Assembly: GCA_028534125.1 (NCBI GenBank)
Contig: CM052832.1
Location: 22,012,185 to 22,076,000, forward strand
DNA length: 63,816 nucleotides
Direction of reading: 5' to 3'
From: Lama glama
Taxonomy: Eukaryota
Positions 36,690-50,460 of the stretch are shown here, piece after piece; within the stretch, counting starts at the first letter, position 1; every line of letters starts with the position of its first letter. The position numbers were made by a program, and so were the translations under genes. The notes under the pieces were generated by a model, which was not told where the DNA came from, made no database searches, and saw only the letters and a program-made list of their open reading frames with translations.

Positions 36690-37680
36690 GTGTGTTTGGA
36701 AAGGGGACAGCAGAGGATGCTTTTCGTGACTCCAAATCTGGAAGCCATAAAAGAAAGAATGGGAAAAAAATAAGCTTTATAAAAACTAACTTCTGTATGT
36801 GGCAAACACAAACCTCAAAGACTAAAGAAAAAGATAAACTGAGAAAAATATTCGGAGATGACATCATGGACTCAGTGCTAATTAATCTCCCTATTTATAA
36901 AGCGCTCTACAAATCAATAAGAAAAAGACCAACAACCCAATAGAAGAGGACGCCAAGTACAGAACATAGAGTTAAACAAAGAAGAAATACAAAGGGTATC
37001 TAAACATATAATAAGATGTCTGATCTCATACTCTTTTAAAAAGGCATGCAAATTGAAACCATACTGAGATATAGTTTGCACATCAGATCGGCACAAATCC
37101 AAAAGTGCGATACCCCATTCTGTTGGTGAAGCTCTCATGAGTTGTTGGTAAGAGTCAAAATGAAACAATCCCTAGGAAGGGCAATTCAACAGCATCCCAA
37201 GTACATCTGAACATGTCCTCTGGCCAAAAATTCAATCCTCCCTGTAGGAAACTGCTCTGCAGTTACAGCTGCACATGCGTGAAGGTGATCCTGGTGCAAC
37301 TTTGTTTGGAACAGCAGAAGATTAAAAGAATCTATGAGATTATTCACAGGAGACTAGTTTAATAACTCTGATACATCCATACAATGGAATATTATTTAGC
37401 GCTAAAAATCACAAGGTGGTGCTGTCTGTTCTGACATGGAAGGCTCATTCAAGTATATCGTTAAAGTTAAAAATGAGGTGCAGAATGAGACACAATTGTC
37501 ATCTTTTCTAAGAAGAGAAGGAAGATAAAATTCTTTAATTTTTTGAATCTGCACAAATGGTGAAAGAATTCACAAGAAACTACTGGGAGTAGGAGGGTAG
37601 GGTGGATGGGAACAGACCTGAATGCAAGATTTTTCAAGTGCATCTTCTTATAAAAGTTCCTCTAGAATAGTTATTGAAAT
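36690..37680 (+). mobile_element. L1ME-type LINE, ORF2 end and 3' UTR, degraded
   Basis: ctctacaaatcaataagaaaaagaccaacaacccaatagaa...atgcaaattgaaaccatactgagata...atccatacaatggaatattat. Confidence 0.7.
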
Positions 37681-38924
37681 CATATTGAGGTACTACTTAA
37701 AACATGAGAAAATTTTGGTGTACCTGAGTACTTTTTCTTTACAGGTTTTCAGCACCATTTAAAGCCCCTCCCCCCGCCCCCACTCACGAAAAAGCACTTG
37801 GTAAATACAAGTCAAGTGAGGCCAAAATTATTGACCTCTAGAAGGCCAGACATCAGGTGGCAAAGTCCACTTTGCAGGGAAGGGCTTTTCAGAACAGCGT
37901 TTGCTGCAACAGGTCTCGGAAGATGAAAGAAGCCAGGCTTTTAGTTTTTACTGGATCATTCAATTTCCATAAATGCTCTCTTCCAATTAAGCCAATGAAT
38001 TTACATTTCTTTGCAGCCCATGCTTTTAAACGAAGCTCAGATGTTTGCCATAGCATGTTTTTCACTCCGTGGCACTCTCCCCACTTTTGTTTTAATAAAT
38101 AAACAATCAACAGAAGCACCTAATTATAGACTTCAGGAATATAAAATTCCCCAGATGAGGCAAGAACCATACTCCACCCTTCTCCCATCTTTCACACCTG
38201 TCTTTTATCTCACTCAAAACGAGGAAACACCTTTAGATACTGTACCAAGCACACCACAGAGCATACAAAATAAGTCAGAGTAACCACAGTTTTTTAGTAC
38301 CGCCATGTCTCCCTGAGGAGATGTCAGTTTTTACATAGTCCCTAGAATGTCAACCTTTATGTTGACTGCTGCTATATAAAATTTATAAAAATTTAACATA
38401 AACTTTATATATACATGTTCCATAACATTAAAAAAAATAAAGACAAACACATTTAACTTACTCTTGGCACATGTCAAGGCACCAGAGTTACAGTTGTATG
38501 ACTTTCTGTCATGTATCAATGAAAGAAAACAAGTCATCTGATCTTTCCTGTACTGATTCTCAACGCCAGTAACTTATGGAAGGAAACGTACCAGCAAGCA
38601 CGGGAGCACGGGAGCCTTCCACCTGCACTAGCTCTCCCTGGAGAGCTGATGGTCATTTCTCTGGGGATGTTTCTAGGCTATGCGTGGAGAGCACTCATGA
38701 CAACCAAACCAGAAAAAAAAAAAAAAAGCCTACTACACGAACTAGCTTTTCAGCATCCCTTGCTCAGTTTCTAAAATTACCACCTGCAATCTATGCAGAA
38801 AAAGAGAACGAGGTTGGACAAGTGAAAAAGCTTTCATACCAACCCTCAGGAAACTGGAGTAAAATCCTATCCACTGTGTCACCCAGGAAGTGGAGTAGAC
38901 CTAAGGATAGAGTATCAAGAATCG

Positions 38925-39025
38925 CCAGTTTTCTAGTCCTCGAAATGGCTTTAATTTGCTGTGTGACCCTGGACAAGTCATTGCCCCTCTCTGGACCTCC
39001 ATTTGCTCATCTCCAAAATGTGGTG
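38925..39025 (+). mobile_element. MIR SINE
   Basis: gctgtgtgaccctggacaagtcattgcccctctctggacctccatttgctcatctccaaaatg. Confidence 0.7.
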
Positions 39026-39492
39026 GTGGTACTTGAGGTCTCATGGAGGTCTTTTCCAGAACTCATGTACAGGGACTGGAACTCCAGGTTGCTTAATTCC
39101 GCTAGTTTCCTCTGTCACTTAAACACCCAATTTACTGGCGACAACAGTGAGTTCCCCAGTTGGTGACTGCTTACAATTAACAAATGTGTTGTAATCCAAC
39201 TCATGGGCAAAATGGCTGAACAGCCTAATCCTATAGATTTTTGACTCCTGACTCTACAGCAGTCTCTGCAGAAGATGACATAATATAAAAGTAAATTCTC
39301 TATTTCATCCTGTCCCCTCCCCTCGGAGGCTAGATCAGTGCAAATTACATTCTGGAAAACAAGCATCCCAGATGACTGCTGTGGGTCTCCGTCTGGTGCA
39401 GTGGTGAACTGTCCCCAAGACCTGCCAAGCGCGTGGCTTGGCTGGTCAGATGTAAAGCAAAATGGCAAGACTTACCAGCTCTGCCCGAGTGC

Positions 39493-39495
<3 letters not shown>

Positions 39496-39546
<51 letters not shown>
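39496..39546. repeat. Compound (TC)n-(CA)n microsatellite
   Basis: Directly visible. Confidence 0.95.
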
Positions 39547-39549
<3 letters not shown>

Positions 39550-42500
39550 CTAATCCCGCAGTATTGCTTAGATCAATTGTCCCCTGGGAAAAAAGCCTCA
39601 CAAGAGAGTCAGTGCCCTTCCCCCAGTCAGTCAAAAGCTGCAGGACACCAGGCACTGGCTGGTCCTACTCCCCTTCAAAATGTCTTTCAACAAGATGACA
39701 TGGAGGTTCCTCTTTCCTCTGTGCTCTGAGGACCTACCTATTTTCCCTGACAAGCCACCAGCTAATCTGATACGTTAATCTAACTTATCACACTGCATCC
39801 TGGTATTACCCAACGAAGACATTTTTAAAAACTATCACCTTCTGGGTCCAAGGTGGCTGCATTTCTTTATAAAGAGGCAGTAATATGGTGACATTTTCTG
39901 AAGCTGCTTTTCGGTGTTAAGATTTGTTTTTACTTTTGACTTTCTAGGTTCCCTCTAAGTATATGAATTGTCTATCTTGTCAGCAATAATCCAGAGGGTG
40001 GATTACAAATCTCACTTTTCACTTCCTAATACAGAAGCAGATATTTATATCGGGGGCCAGCAATGCCTCCAACCTTAAGCGCTGCCCATGGTGCTACCCA
40101 AACCCTGTATATGTCAAGCAGGTGCTCCTCATGCTTTCAAGGGTAAGTCTGTAACCTTCTGGTGAAATGATTATAGTTAACATGCACTGAGCCTCTGCTG
40201 AAGGGCAGACTGCTGTGCTGAAAATGATCACTTCATCTCCCCTGAACTCCTACGTCACAGATGAGGAAACATCAGCCAGAAAGTGGTAGCATGGACACTT
40301 GAACCCATCTTCCTGGTACCCAATTTCCCTCCAAGAGCAGATGAGAGAACAAAGTCCTTGGCTCTGAGAAGCCACTGATTGCAAGATGTACCATCGTTTC
40401 ATAAACAGAGAAAGACATCAATGGTTAGATGCTAATGGCATCCGTAAAAAAAAGTACAACTTAGAAAAAGGAGAAAATATACTCATTCTTACACAAAAGC
40501 AACAACTCACTGTGACCCTCTCCCCACGCCCCACCCCAACTTGGGTGGAGCCTGAGCCTTGGAAGGCTGTGATGTGTCCAAGGGCCCAAGGAGTGGCAGG
40601 GCCAATGCAGTTCAGTACCAACAACATGCACCTGTTACGCGCGGAAGCTGTGCTGGGTCCTCGGTGAGATGCCTGCCCTCAGGGAACTTGGCATCAGAAT
40701 GAAAGCCCAGAAACCCTGACACCACCTCCAGCCCTAAACCACACCCATTCATGACTCAAGGGGACTTCCCGCGGCCTTTGGGTGGACCCTGCAACTTTTC
40801 TTAAGACTTTAAAGCCTTGAATTGAATGGTTTAGAAAGAAGATGTGTTTTATCTGTTCTTTTTGTTTTGTTTTATTCTTTTGGCATAACATTTCACTTCC
40901 AAGGATCTTGCTTCTGGGTGAGGATGTAAACAAGTTGTGCAGAAATGCAAGGCCAGCACTCACACTGCTTTCCTGCAATTTCTTCTGGATTTGGCTACTG
41001 CAGTGAGGAACTCACACGCAAAGGAGTGAAGAGAAACAGACCCACAACTTGACTTACGCTGGAGGTAGAAACCAATATTTTTTTGAGGAATCCCTACGAA
41101 TCATACTAGATATTCTGGTTTGTGAAGGAATGAACCAAGAAATGGACAAATCTTTAATCTGTCCAGGGTATCGACTGTGTAGCTCCACTACACAACGGAC
41201 TGGGCAACTCGAGGATTTGAGTGAAGCTTATTTCACAAAAACTGAACTTGTTATGAATCATGAGTAGCTAATATTAAAAATCTCTTTGCCTAAAAGCACC
41301 AGATCAAATCATAAATATATGGTGTGGACCTATAGTGTACAAGACTCCATGGGGACACTGATCTGTAACTTTTATCTCCAAGAGGCTTACAAGCTAAACA
41401 ATGATCAAATTGTTGATAGGAAATTAAAGTAAAATAAATAAAATAAAATAACTTTTAACTTGATGGAAGACATGCAATATTAGCATACACAATTAAACTG
41501 TCAAATAACTTCCATAAGCAATAAAGCCATGGGAATTCACACAGGCTGAGACAGCCTCTGAAGCACTACAGTTTTCAAAAATGTTATTAATAACCCCACA
41601 CTGGGGATTCCAGATTAAGAAAGTGTATACTTTGTAAAGTGTGACGGTATGGATAAACCATGAGTTGGGATGCAGGATAATCATGAACTTACCCAACACA
41701 ACGACGCCATGAAGAGAAAAAGAACGAGGGCCCAAGAAGGACAGGGCAATAAAGCAGACATCCCTGTCCCCACTCTTCCAGACCCACCCCCACTGCCCCA
41801 TCGGTACGCTGTCTGTGCCCACCCCTCCTCCACTGCACCCCAGTGGGAATTCTCGGCCAGGTCCAACTTCCTCTTCTGCCAAAAGATACGGTGCTCAAGA
41901 GTCACTTACGTCACACAAATGTTTCAAAGTTTAAATTAAAAAAAAATCTGAGATTTCTATTAAAAAAGGTTATTTGGGAAACCTAAATGTTCACTAAAGG
42001 CTTTGTCTATACTGGTCAAGGAAAAAAATCAAGTCCACGTATAAAAACACACACACACAAACACATATGTGACTGAAAGTGTTGCAGCATTTCAAGTAAT
42101 TGTAGAGTTTGCTTAATGTAGTGTTACTTCATCATGATAAAAAGGCATAAGAAGTTGAATGTGATGGAGACTCAAATAATTCTGAACTTTGCTTGAAGAA
42201 ATAAAAAGGATAGAAGTTACCAGGATAATTGGTAAAATAATATCTGACACGTGAGGAGCCTTTCCTTTGCGTAAGCAGCACAAGATAAATTTTTCATTTC
42301 GATGAACCAGCAGCTATTAAGAAGATGGTTACCAGGAGAATGAAAAGGTGGATTGTTTTGGGAGGAGGCAGGGTGAGCTGACTTCACCGCGCAGGCTCCC
42401 TTTATAGCGGAGAACACAGAGTACCACAGCACAGGATGCCTTCCTGCACCTTGTAAACGTAGCCAGCCAGGTAACAAGACAACAAAAATGATCTCTTCCC

Positions 42501-42621
42501 CAACCAAAGCCACTTACCAGCAGCAAAAACGGTGACTGATGGGAGACCCAGTGATGAATGATGCCTTATGAGCAAATTACTGTGAGGTGACATTCAGAGG
42601 GGTCAGAACAAGGATTCCCCC

Positions 42622-43265
42622 TTGTGCAAGGCTGCTGGGAATGTAAAACGGTGCAGCAGCTCTGTGAAACAGTTTGGCAGCTCCTCTAACAGTTAAACAT
42701 GGAAATGCCATTTGCTCCAACAATCCCACTCCTGGGCACATACACAAAGGAACTGAAAGCAGAAACTCAGATACTTCTACTCCCATGTTCATAGCAGCAT
42801 TATTCACAATAGCCCAAAGGTGGAAAAAACCCAAGAGTCTATCATTAGATGAACAGAGAAACAAACTGGGTCTATATACACAACAGAATATTATTCAGCC
42901 ATAAAAAGGAGTGAAATTTTGAGACATGCTACAACATGGATAAGCCTCGAAGACATTATGCAAAGTGAAATGGGACAGACACAAATGGACAAATATTCTA
43001 CAATTTCACTTACACGAGGCACTTAGAAGAGTCAAATTCAGAGACAGTCAGGGCAACGGTGGTTAGGAGGGACTGGGGGCAGAGGGACACAGGGAGTTAC
43101 TGTTTAGTGGGTACAGAGTTTGTTAGGGATGGTGAAAAATTCTCGAAATGGACAGTGGTGATGGTTGCACAACATGACAAATGCACTTTGTGTCACCGTA
43201 TTATACACCTAAAAATGGTAAATGTTATGTTATGTGTATTTTACCAAAATAAAACAAGCAAACAG
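42622..43265 (+). mobile_element. L1MB-type LINE 3' end (ORF2 C-terminus plus 3' UTR), about 640 bp
   Basis: gggaatgtaaaacggtgcagcagctctgtgaaacagtttggcag...cccatgttcatagcagcattattcacaatagcccaaaggtgg (PMFIAALFTIA)...ttttaccaaaataaaa. Confidence 0.85.
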
Positions 43266-45679
43266 ACAAAATAAGGATTCCCAAAGGATATGCTCACCCC
43301 CGTAGGTCCTTGCCTCGTCTGCCCACCCCTACCTCTGACCACTTTCTCTCTCCTTGAGCATCTGTACTTTGTAAGATGTCCACTGAAATAACTCCTGGCA
43401 GAAGCAGGCTCAAATAAATCTGGAAACCAGAGGTAAAGCAGGAGGCTTATGACTCTTGGTCCTGATATTCCACGGTTAGCTCCAGCATGTGACCTCCCTT
43501 CCAAAGGAAAATAACTCACTTTTAATAAGTTTTCACAGAGACGGTAACTACCAACACTTAAGATCATTATGGAAAGAAAACTTCAGTTTCTCCAGTGGGT
43601 TCAAGAGAGCAGACCAAATCCTAAGAAAAATGGGCTTTTTGTACTGGTATCAGTGACTCCCTACTGAGAAGCCCGAGAGATAGGAAAGGGGCCGAGCATC
43701 CCATATGCCGACGGGTGAATCACTTGCTCTCCCTGACGGAGGGGCTGACTTTTCTCCTTTTTTTTTTTTTTTTTTTTGGACAGATGGATGTATCTCTACA
43801 CTTATAACTGCCTTGATTGGAAGTAGGCTGGGACTAAGGTAAAAATTCACAGCAACCGTTTGTTTCCATTGAGAAATTCTGGAAAAAATGTTCAATGTAA
43901 GATAACAGTGACACTATTAACCTAGGTTATTATCATTTTCCTAGATGACCGAGTTAAATGAGCGTTAACATGATTTTGGGGGGTAGAAATATCCCTGTCA
44001 CAGAATATGCACTGGCTAAGTATTTTTGGGATGACGAATATAAGAAAAACAGCTCCCCCAAACAAAAGATGAGTTCAAACTATGGGAAACCCCTAGTCCA
44101 ATAATATGAGCACATCCTTCATGCACATGAATGGGCGTTTTCAAGAAAGTATGACGAAGGGTCTGGACAGCATATAATGTTTGGGTAAGGTGACTTCCCT
44201 GCAAGAGGTGAAGAAGTCCTGAGTAGAGTGCCCTGGCTAGGCTGATGGGTCACTGCCTCCTCCACTGGAGTTTATAAATAAAACACAAACACACGGAAAG
44301 GAAAATACCAGTATTGCTCACAAATTTCAGTGTTTCCTTTATATATGCTTAAATAAGGGGAGGTTTGTGAGGCTGGTGAAATGTGAATTTTCCTTTCTTT
44401 TCTTTTTAAGGAAAAAAATGAGCCATGTCATTGCACTTGGGATCAGTTAAGAGTACATGGGCAGAACTGCAGTATTCAAATCAGATCCAACAGAGAAATG
44501 GGCAAATAAACTAAGAATCAAGACACAAAGAAACAAAACATTTGAGTAAGCCTCCTCCTCCCTCTTGAAAGGGCAAGCACGCTTTGTCAACCCGTGCGGA
44601 AGAGTGGTCTCAACATTCTAGAACTCGGTTCAAAATTTGAGCAATTTTACATTCTGTTTCACATTGACAAAGAAGTTCTTTGGGGCTACTTATTTATAAT
44701 TTAATTCCCCTGATGGTTCTAAAAACAAGGGAAGAAATATTTTCAAACAAAAATCATTATTTGTACAGCTGGAGTTTTCATTTAGTTAGGAAAATTAGTA
44801 GAAAAATATTTGGTCAGAATTTGAGATAAGTTTTGAATATGTCACAAAAATCTCATACCATCAACTTCCAAATCTCTTTTACTATATTTAAGTCTTTCCC
44901 AGAGTCAACAAGGGAGGCCCCCAAATCAACTAAATTAATGGGTTCTCATCTGGGCAACTTCTTTGGCAAGGGGTGGGGGGAATCTGTGAATCAGCAGCAA
45001 AAATAGCTCAATTAAAATACCATTCTAATATGTGGTCCGTTTTTGTTTGAAAATGGAAACCAGCAACTTGCTTGCATGAGTAAACAGAAGACAATTATTC
45101 AGACTGGGGTCTACAGAGCAGAGAGCAAAGGAGACAGCTGGCAATTATCTGGCCAACTTAACCAGATAATTCATGCCTAAAAATTCACTCTGGTGCCCAA
45201 ATTACCCAGATCGGCCATATTCATAGAAGAACCAAAGAGCGTAATTACCAAATCTCCTTCCAGTCTGTGTTGCCAAGGCTGTGCCTAGGTGGGTTGTGTT
45301 AAGGCAATGCTCTTATCACAAACGGTACTCATTTCTCCACTTCCCCAGGGAAGAGCATGCTAGGATTTTCACAGTGTAAGTCTGAATATTTGCCTAAGTG
45401 TCTTATGGCCTTATAAGATGCAGTTTTCATATACTGAATATAGAATCAAAATTTTCAATTAGGCCAAAGGACCAACAAATTGCACTGGTGGCATCGCTTT
45501 GAAAACATACACCTTGAGACAAAAGCCAGATCAGGAGAGAAGCTATCATGCCTAGCATCTAAAATTCTAAAGGGATAAGATACTCAGAGTAAAAATAGAG
45601 AAAGAATTTGTATGACATACAAATTAGAGTAAGCAAAAGTGGAAAACGTCTTTTTCACGTATCTCCAAACACTTGAGAT

Positions 45680-45900
45680 TAATACCTTTATGTTTATATA
45701 GTACTTCGTACTTCACAAAGCCCTTCACAATTAACCCTCACAACTGTGGAGGGTAGACTGCGTCAGTATTACCATTCCCATTTTATAGATAAAGAAAACA
45801 GGGCTCTCAGATTTGCTGAAGCAAAGCTAAGGTCGAAGCTGAAACTTGAACCCAAGTCTTTTGGATCCAAGTCTAGTGCCCTTTCCAAGACACCATGCTA
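45680..45900 (-). mobile_element. MIR SINE
   Basis: attaccattcccattttatagataaagaaaacagggctctcaga...cttgaacccaagtcttttggatccaagtctagtgc. Confidence 0.65.
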
Positions 45901-47439
45901 AGGGCTAAAGTTAACTTAAAGCAAATAAAAAAGATCACATTACCCAGTCAAATCTGTGATATTCACAATCACAAACAGTTGTAGGGTCATCACATGGCGT
46001 TAAATAAATCTTATAACCAAGCACAGCTGGAGAATACAGATTGTACGGGGTGGTGGTAACGATGAAGACAGCTTTCCCGCTGGCTCTCTCTGACTCCGGG
46101 GCAAGGGATTTCTCTCAGACGCGGTTTCCTAATCAGCAAAGCCAAAGGACTGAGCAGAGAATTTCTCAAGTCCCTTTGACAGGGGCTGGTTATGAAACTA
46201 AGCAGCTTCGGCTTTTTCTGTTCACGCCCTCTCAGAATTCAAAGTGTCCACTTTCTTTCTTTGGGTATTAGATGCTTCTCCAAGTCATTCGCTCTCTACT
46301 CCCCTCAATTAAACGAAAACAGAGTTCTGAAATGCATTTTACCAGCTTTTGCCCAACCTGAGTAAAACGATATGTGCACTACAGAACAAAAGTTTGGAGA
46401 ATTATCTGTTTTCTGCAGATTACAACGCCCCTTAGTTCTATTTCCAAATTGGATTTGCATCAGCCAATTTTTGTACTTTTCCGATAGACTGAGGGCATTA
46501 GAAGCCAGAATAAGAACAGTCTTGCCCTAGAGACAAAAACTGTTCCTTTTAAATTGATGCCATTTCAAAAGCTGAGGAATTCCATCCAACATTACCAGTC
46601 ACCTGTAGTTGGCAATGACCGATGTTTTACTTTCCATATAAGCTACATGCAACCAAGAGACTTAATTTTTCTCCTTAGTACATCCCACCTGGGAATATCG
46701 ATTTTTGATGTTTTAAAAGGTATGAAAGATTTTCCTGGTCCCTAAATGGACTTAATTGTTACATTTTTATAGAAGTCTGTATTAGAACTTTACTGGAATT
46801 CAGGGGCTTGAATTACAGGCACTGTGTACTCTTGGCTCTTTAGGCTTGTCCTCCTCTTGCCTGGTACTTTGATTTAAGGGAGGAGGGGAAAAGGGCCGCT
46901 AATGAGAGAAAGCTTCTGAAGTAGAGAGAGAAGGGAAGACAATCTAGAATCTCCATTCTACTGTGAATGTTCTAACAGAAAGCTCCAACATTCCTTTTTC
47001 ACAAAGACAATTCTTTAGTCTAGGATCTTAGTTTTGGTGAAGTTCTCTTTTCCCCGGGGGAGGTTGAGAGGAACAAGAAAGCGGGGAAAGTGGGTGGTAA
47101 CAACGGCTATTATTATCACCATTGTTGTATGATAACAAAAGGATCCCGGTCTTCTTACCTCTGGTATCCCTTTAATGACGGTGTTCGGCAGTTCACTGAA
47201 TCTGAGTAGAGTTCCCTTGTTCCCTCTCTTTAGGTGAACAAACTGACTCCTTGCACTTAAAATTTTCCCTACGCTCAAAGGGTCTGGTCTCGCGATCAAA
47301 TCAAAATGCCAGGCAATCAATAATCACCTATATTCGGGGTTGACTTACTTTTTCCCACGGCTTTGGGCAAGTTATAACCCACCTACGTCTCGAGGTCTTC
47401 CATGAAATGTTCTGAAAGGAGCCAGCAGGACCTCACCCA

Positions 47440-47725
47440 CCCCCAGCCACCCGCGCCAGGACGCCAGCGCTGCGCGGGGCTCCGGGCCTTACCCGCGGGC
47501 CCTCCTGCACCGCGCACGCCCGGAGCCGGCGCCTGGGCAGACTCCCCGCCCGCTCCCTGCGCCACGCTCCGCGCAGGTGCTGCGCCTTTGCTGAGCGTGG
47601 GGAGAAGCCGGTGGCCCTGCCCAGGACTGCCCGTCGTGGGCCCCCGGCGCTCGCTCACTCCAAGGATGCCCACAAACACCACAAAGTTTGCGGCAGTGAA
47701 TGGGCCTCCGGGCAGCCGGGCAGGG
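47440..47725. promoter_or_regulatory. Intragenic CpG island (candidate internal promoter/enhancer)
   Basis: About 32 CpG counted by eye in 47451-47720, very GC-rich, GC box ccccgccc at 47544-47551, in an otherwise CpG-depleted intron. Confidence 0.65.
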
Positions 47726-48619
47726 AAGGCATATGCAGCTACCTGGCCCCCTTCTTATCCTAAACGATACACAGAAGTGACGCTCCCAGGTACGACAGTT
47801 AAACTTAAAAAGGCGCTTTGGAAGAAACCTGCGTTTCTCTGTATACTTTCTAGGAAAAGTACAAGCAGAACACTTTAGGTAATACTGAAAAATCCACTGA
47901 TGCATTGAGACGCTTTTAGTGGGTCTCAGATCTACGTGGCTTCTCCCATGAGAAACGAAACTGAGATGTAGAACTTGCAAATTTTTTTTTCTGACACTTC
48001 GGTATCACAGTTTAAACGGTATCTAATTATGCCACAAGTCATAATGTCTTCAGATTCAGAGACTCCTTAGATCCTACTGACCAACCCACCCCTTAATTAT
48101 ATGAATCACAAACTTTAAGTAACCAGTCTGGGGTTTTCTTAGCTCCCTTGTGGCAAATTCACCAGAATTCAAGCCTCCTGACCCCCACTAGAACCCTCCT
48201 TTCTTTCGACCACAACAGGGATTTGCTCATGGTAATAAATCTTGCCACAAATGAATTTATAGGCTGTTTTTAATTAAGGTCTTAAACCAAAAAGATCATT
48301 TGGAGAGCTCTGACCCTCCCACAAGGCAGGACAAGCTTGTTTTGACCAGCTGTCCTCAGATTTTTCTGCTCAATCATCAAAGCTTGCAATATCCTCTTAC
48401 AGTCCTGACAAGGTGAGCACCTCTTCCAGTCAAACTATGAAGAAAAGAATCATTCACAAAAAGTCCATCTCGAAATTTACAAAAGATTCCCGAGAGGAGA
48501 GGAAAAAATAGATGAGTCAGTAAGCCCAGAACAGAGGATGGGATCATTTTTGATAGGAGTTATTAACTACCATAATCTAAGACAAGGTAACAGGACCTCT
48601 CTTTTTCACATAATTCCAC

Positions 48620-49015
48620 TAAGGCTCTTAACCTCTTTTGTGTCATGGGCCCCTTTGGCCTTCTGCAGGAGCCTGTGAACCCCCTCTCAGACTACTGTTT
48701 TTATGGACCTAAAATGAAATACATAGGATAACAAAAGAAACATCTGTATTGAAATATAGCTATTCAAAAATTAAACTTTATGATACAGTAATCTATATGC
48801 TTTATTAATGCATTCAGTAAGAAGATCCAGTAGCAGATCAAAAAATTACTGTAATTTTGAATTGTGATGAGCATACACAGTATTTCAAGACATCTGGCAA
48901 CAAGTGCAATGTGATATGAAAATATCTGTAATTGGTGTAGGTGACGAAGTCACAGGTACTGCCAGTAGTATGGTGGTCTATTGCCTGCATTCATAATGGA
49001 AGGAAATGAAAAACA
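48620..49015. mobile_element. hAT-Charlie-type DNA transposon remnant
   Basis: cttaacctcttttgtgtcatgggcccctttggc...gaagtcacaggtactgcc; exact family uncertain. Confidence 0.55.
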
Positions 49016-49019
49016 CATT

Positions 49020-49545
49020 TCCGGTCAATGGTATTTTGTTACGGCAGCCCTAGCAAACTGATACCACAGGTGTCTACATTTAGGTATTTCCAAAAACAAA
49101 GACCGAGACGAGGACTTGGGCGCAGTTAGTTTATTTGAAAGCGATCCCAGGGAGCAGGAGGAGGAAGTGGGGAGCAAGAAGCAGGTGTATTATCTAAGGG
49201 TGTGTGAACCAGGTCATGGCCATGCACGACAGGGGCTGAATTCTGTTGAGATCTCCCAAGAAACATCTAGAATGCCCCCTAAAATTGTTCTGGGGGAAGG
49301 GATATTTACCCCCTGACTTCCTTCCTTTCCCCAAGGGTGGAGGGTTGCCTCTAGGGATATTAGCTCCCGTGACTCGCAGGCTGCAGTGCGTGTAGCCCTG
49401 GCACTAGAGAAGTTCCCGGAGAAAGCAAAAAGCAGTACTGCAAGCACCTGAAGCAAGATGGCGTCAGGGTGGAGGGGAATCTGAGCGCGAAGGACACTAA
49501 GGCCATCAGAGGTGGGCCATGGGGTTATGATGTGGGACCAGAGCG
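49020..49545. mobile_element. LTR remnants: MLT1 3' end (49020-49068) and ERVL LTR33-like element
   Basis: tggtattttgttacggcagccctagcaaactgatac; aggacttgggcgcagttagtttatttgaaagcgatcccaggg. Confidence 0.45.
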
Positions 49546-50266
49546 AAGTGCAGTTAGTTGATGATAGCAGACACAGCGGTTCTTCCTCCAGAGGCAAAAA
49601 CATCATTAAGCAAGGCAGCAAGATTCTGTGATGGACCCACTTTGAGGCCACAGAGATGTAAAGAGGCTGGCATCCAAGACAATCACTTTCTTCCCAAAAG
49701 GTAAGTGTGGATGTCAGGCAATACGGAGAGGAGCGTTAAAGAAGACTCACTTGCAGCGGACTCTCGCAAATTTTGTATTTTAAATGAGAATTTTGATTGG
49801 GCTTTGTTGCTGTTTTCCAAAGCCAATCTAAGTCTTTTACAATCAACCTGTTCCATTTGTTTCCTTCAGCTTAGGAATTCTACTACTTATGAAAAGCAGA
49901 ATGAGTTCAGATGTTGTATAAGTTCTGGATAATCCCTGGAAGCCAAACCATAGAAAGGTTTCTCTCTCTCATCCAGGTTTCACCTCTGAAACTGAGTTTT
50001 TAGGTCAGATACATGGTACTTCTGTGAACATCAAGTAAGAGATTTCTTCCAGTTTACTCAAGCTCTCCTTAAAGACCAATGAATGTGATTGCAGAATAAA
50101 TTTGCTAAATTGCCTTCAGAAAATTTCCATCTTTTTGGTAAATTATTGTCTGAGATTTATTATTTGACAGTTTCATAAAGTACAATATCCAAGAAGAAGT
50201 TATGCAGGGAGATGCCAGACATGAGTGGTATTTCCTGGTATTTTTCAATACCCTGAGTTCTATCAT

Positions 50267-50460
50267 TAGGGTTGCCAGATTTAGCAAATAAAAATGCAGA
50301 ACACTCAGTTGAATGATAATTTCAGACAAACTGCAAATAATTTTTTTTATTATAAATGTATCCTAAATATTGCATGGGACATACTTATACTGAAAGTATT
50401 TGTTGTTTATCTGAAATTCAAATTGAACTTGGCATCTTTTATTTTATATGGCACCTGTCA
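50267..50460 (+). mobile_element. MER53 palindromic hAT MITE
   Basis: tagggttgccagatttagcaaataaaaat...atgggacatacttatactgaaa...tttatctgaaattcaaatt...tggca. Confidence 0.8.

Noticed and set aside
38576..39166. Longest ORF in the track (196 aa)
   Set aside because: Runs through a poly(A) tract and a MIR; no recognisable domain
42553..42600. C-box-like GTGATGA suggesting an intronic C/D snoRNA
   Set aside because: Antisense to the host transcript; no properly placed D box or terminal stem
47383..47980. ORFs over the CpG island as E2F3 exon 1a/1b
   Set aside because: Translations do not resemble the E2F3a or E2F3b N-termini, and neither listed minus-strand ORF is in phase with exon 2 at the donor
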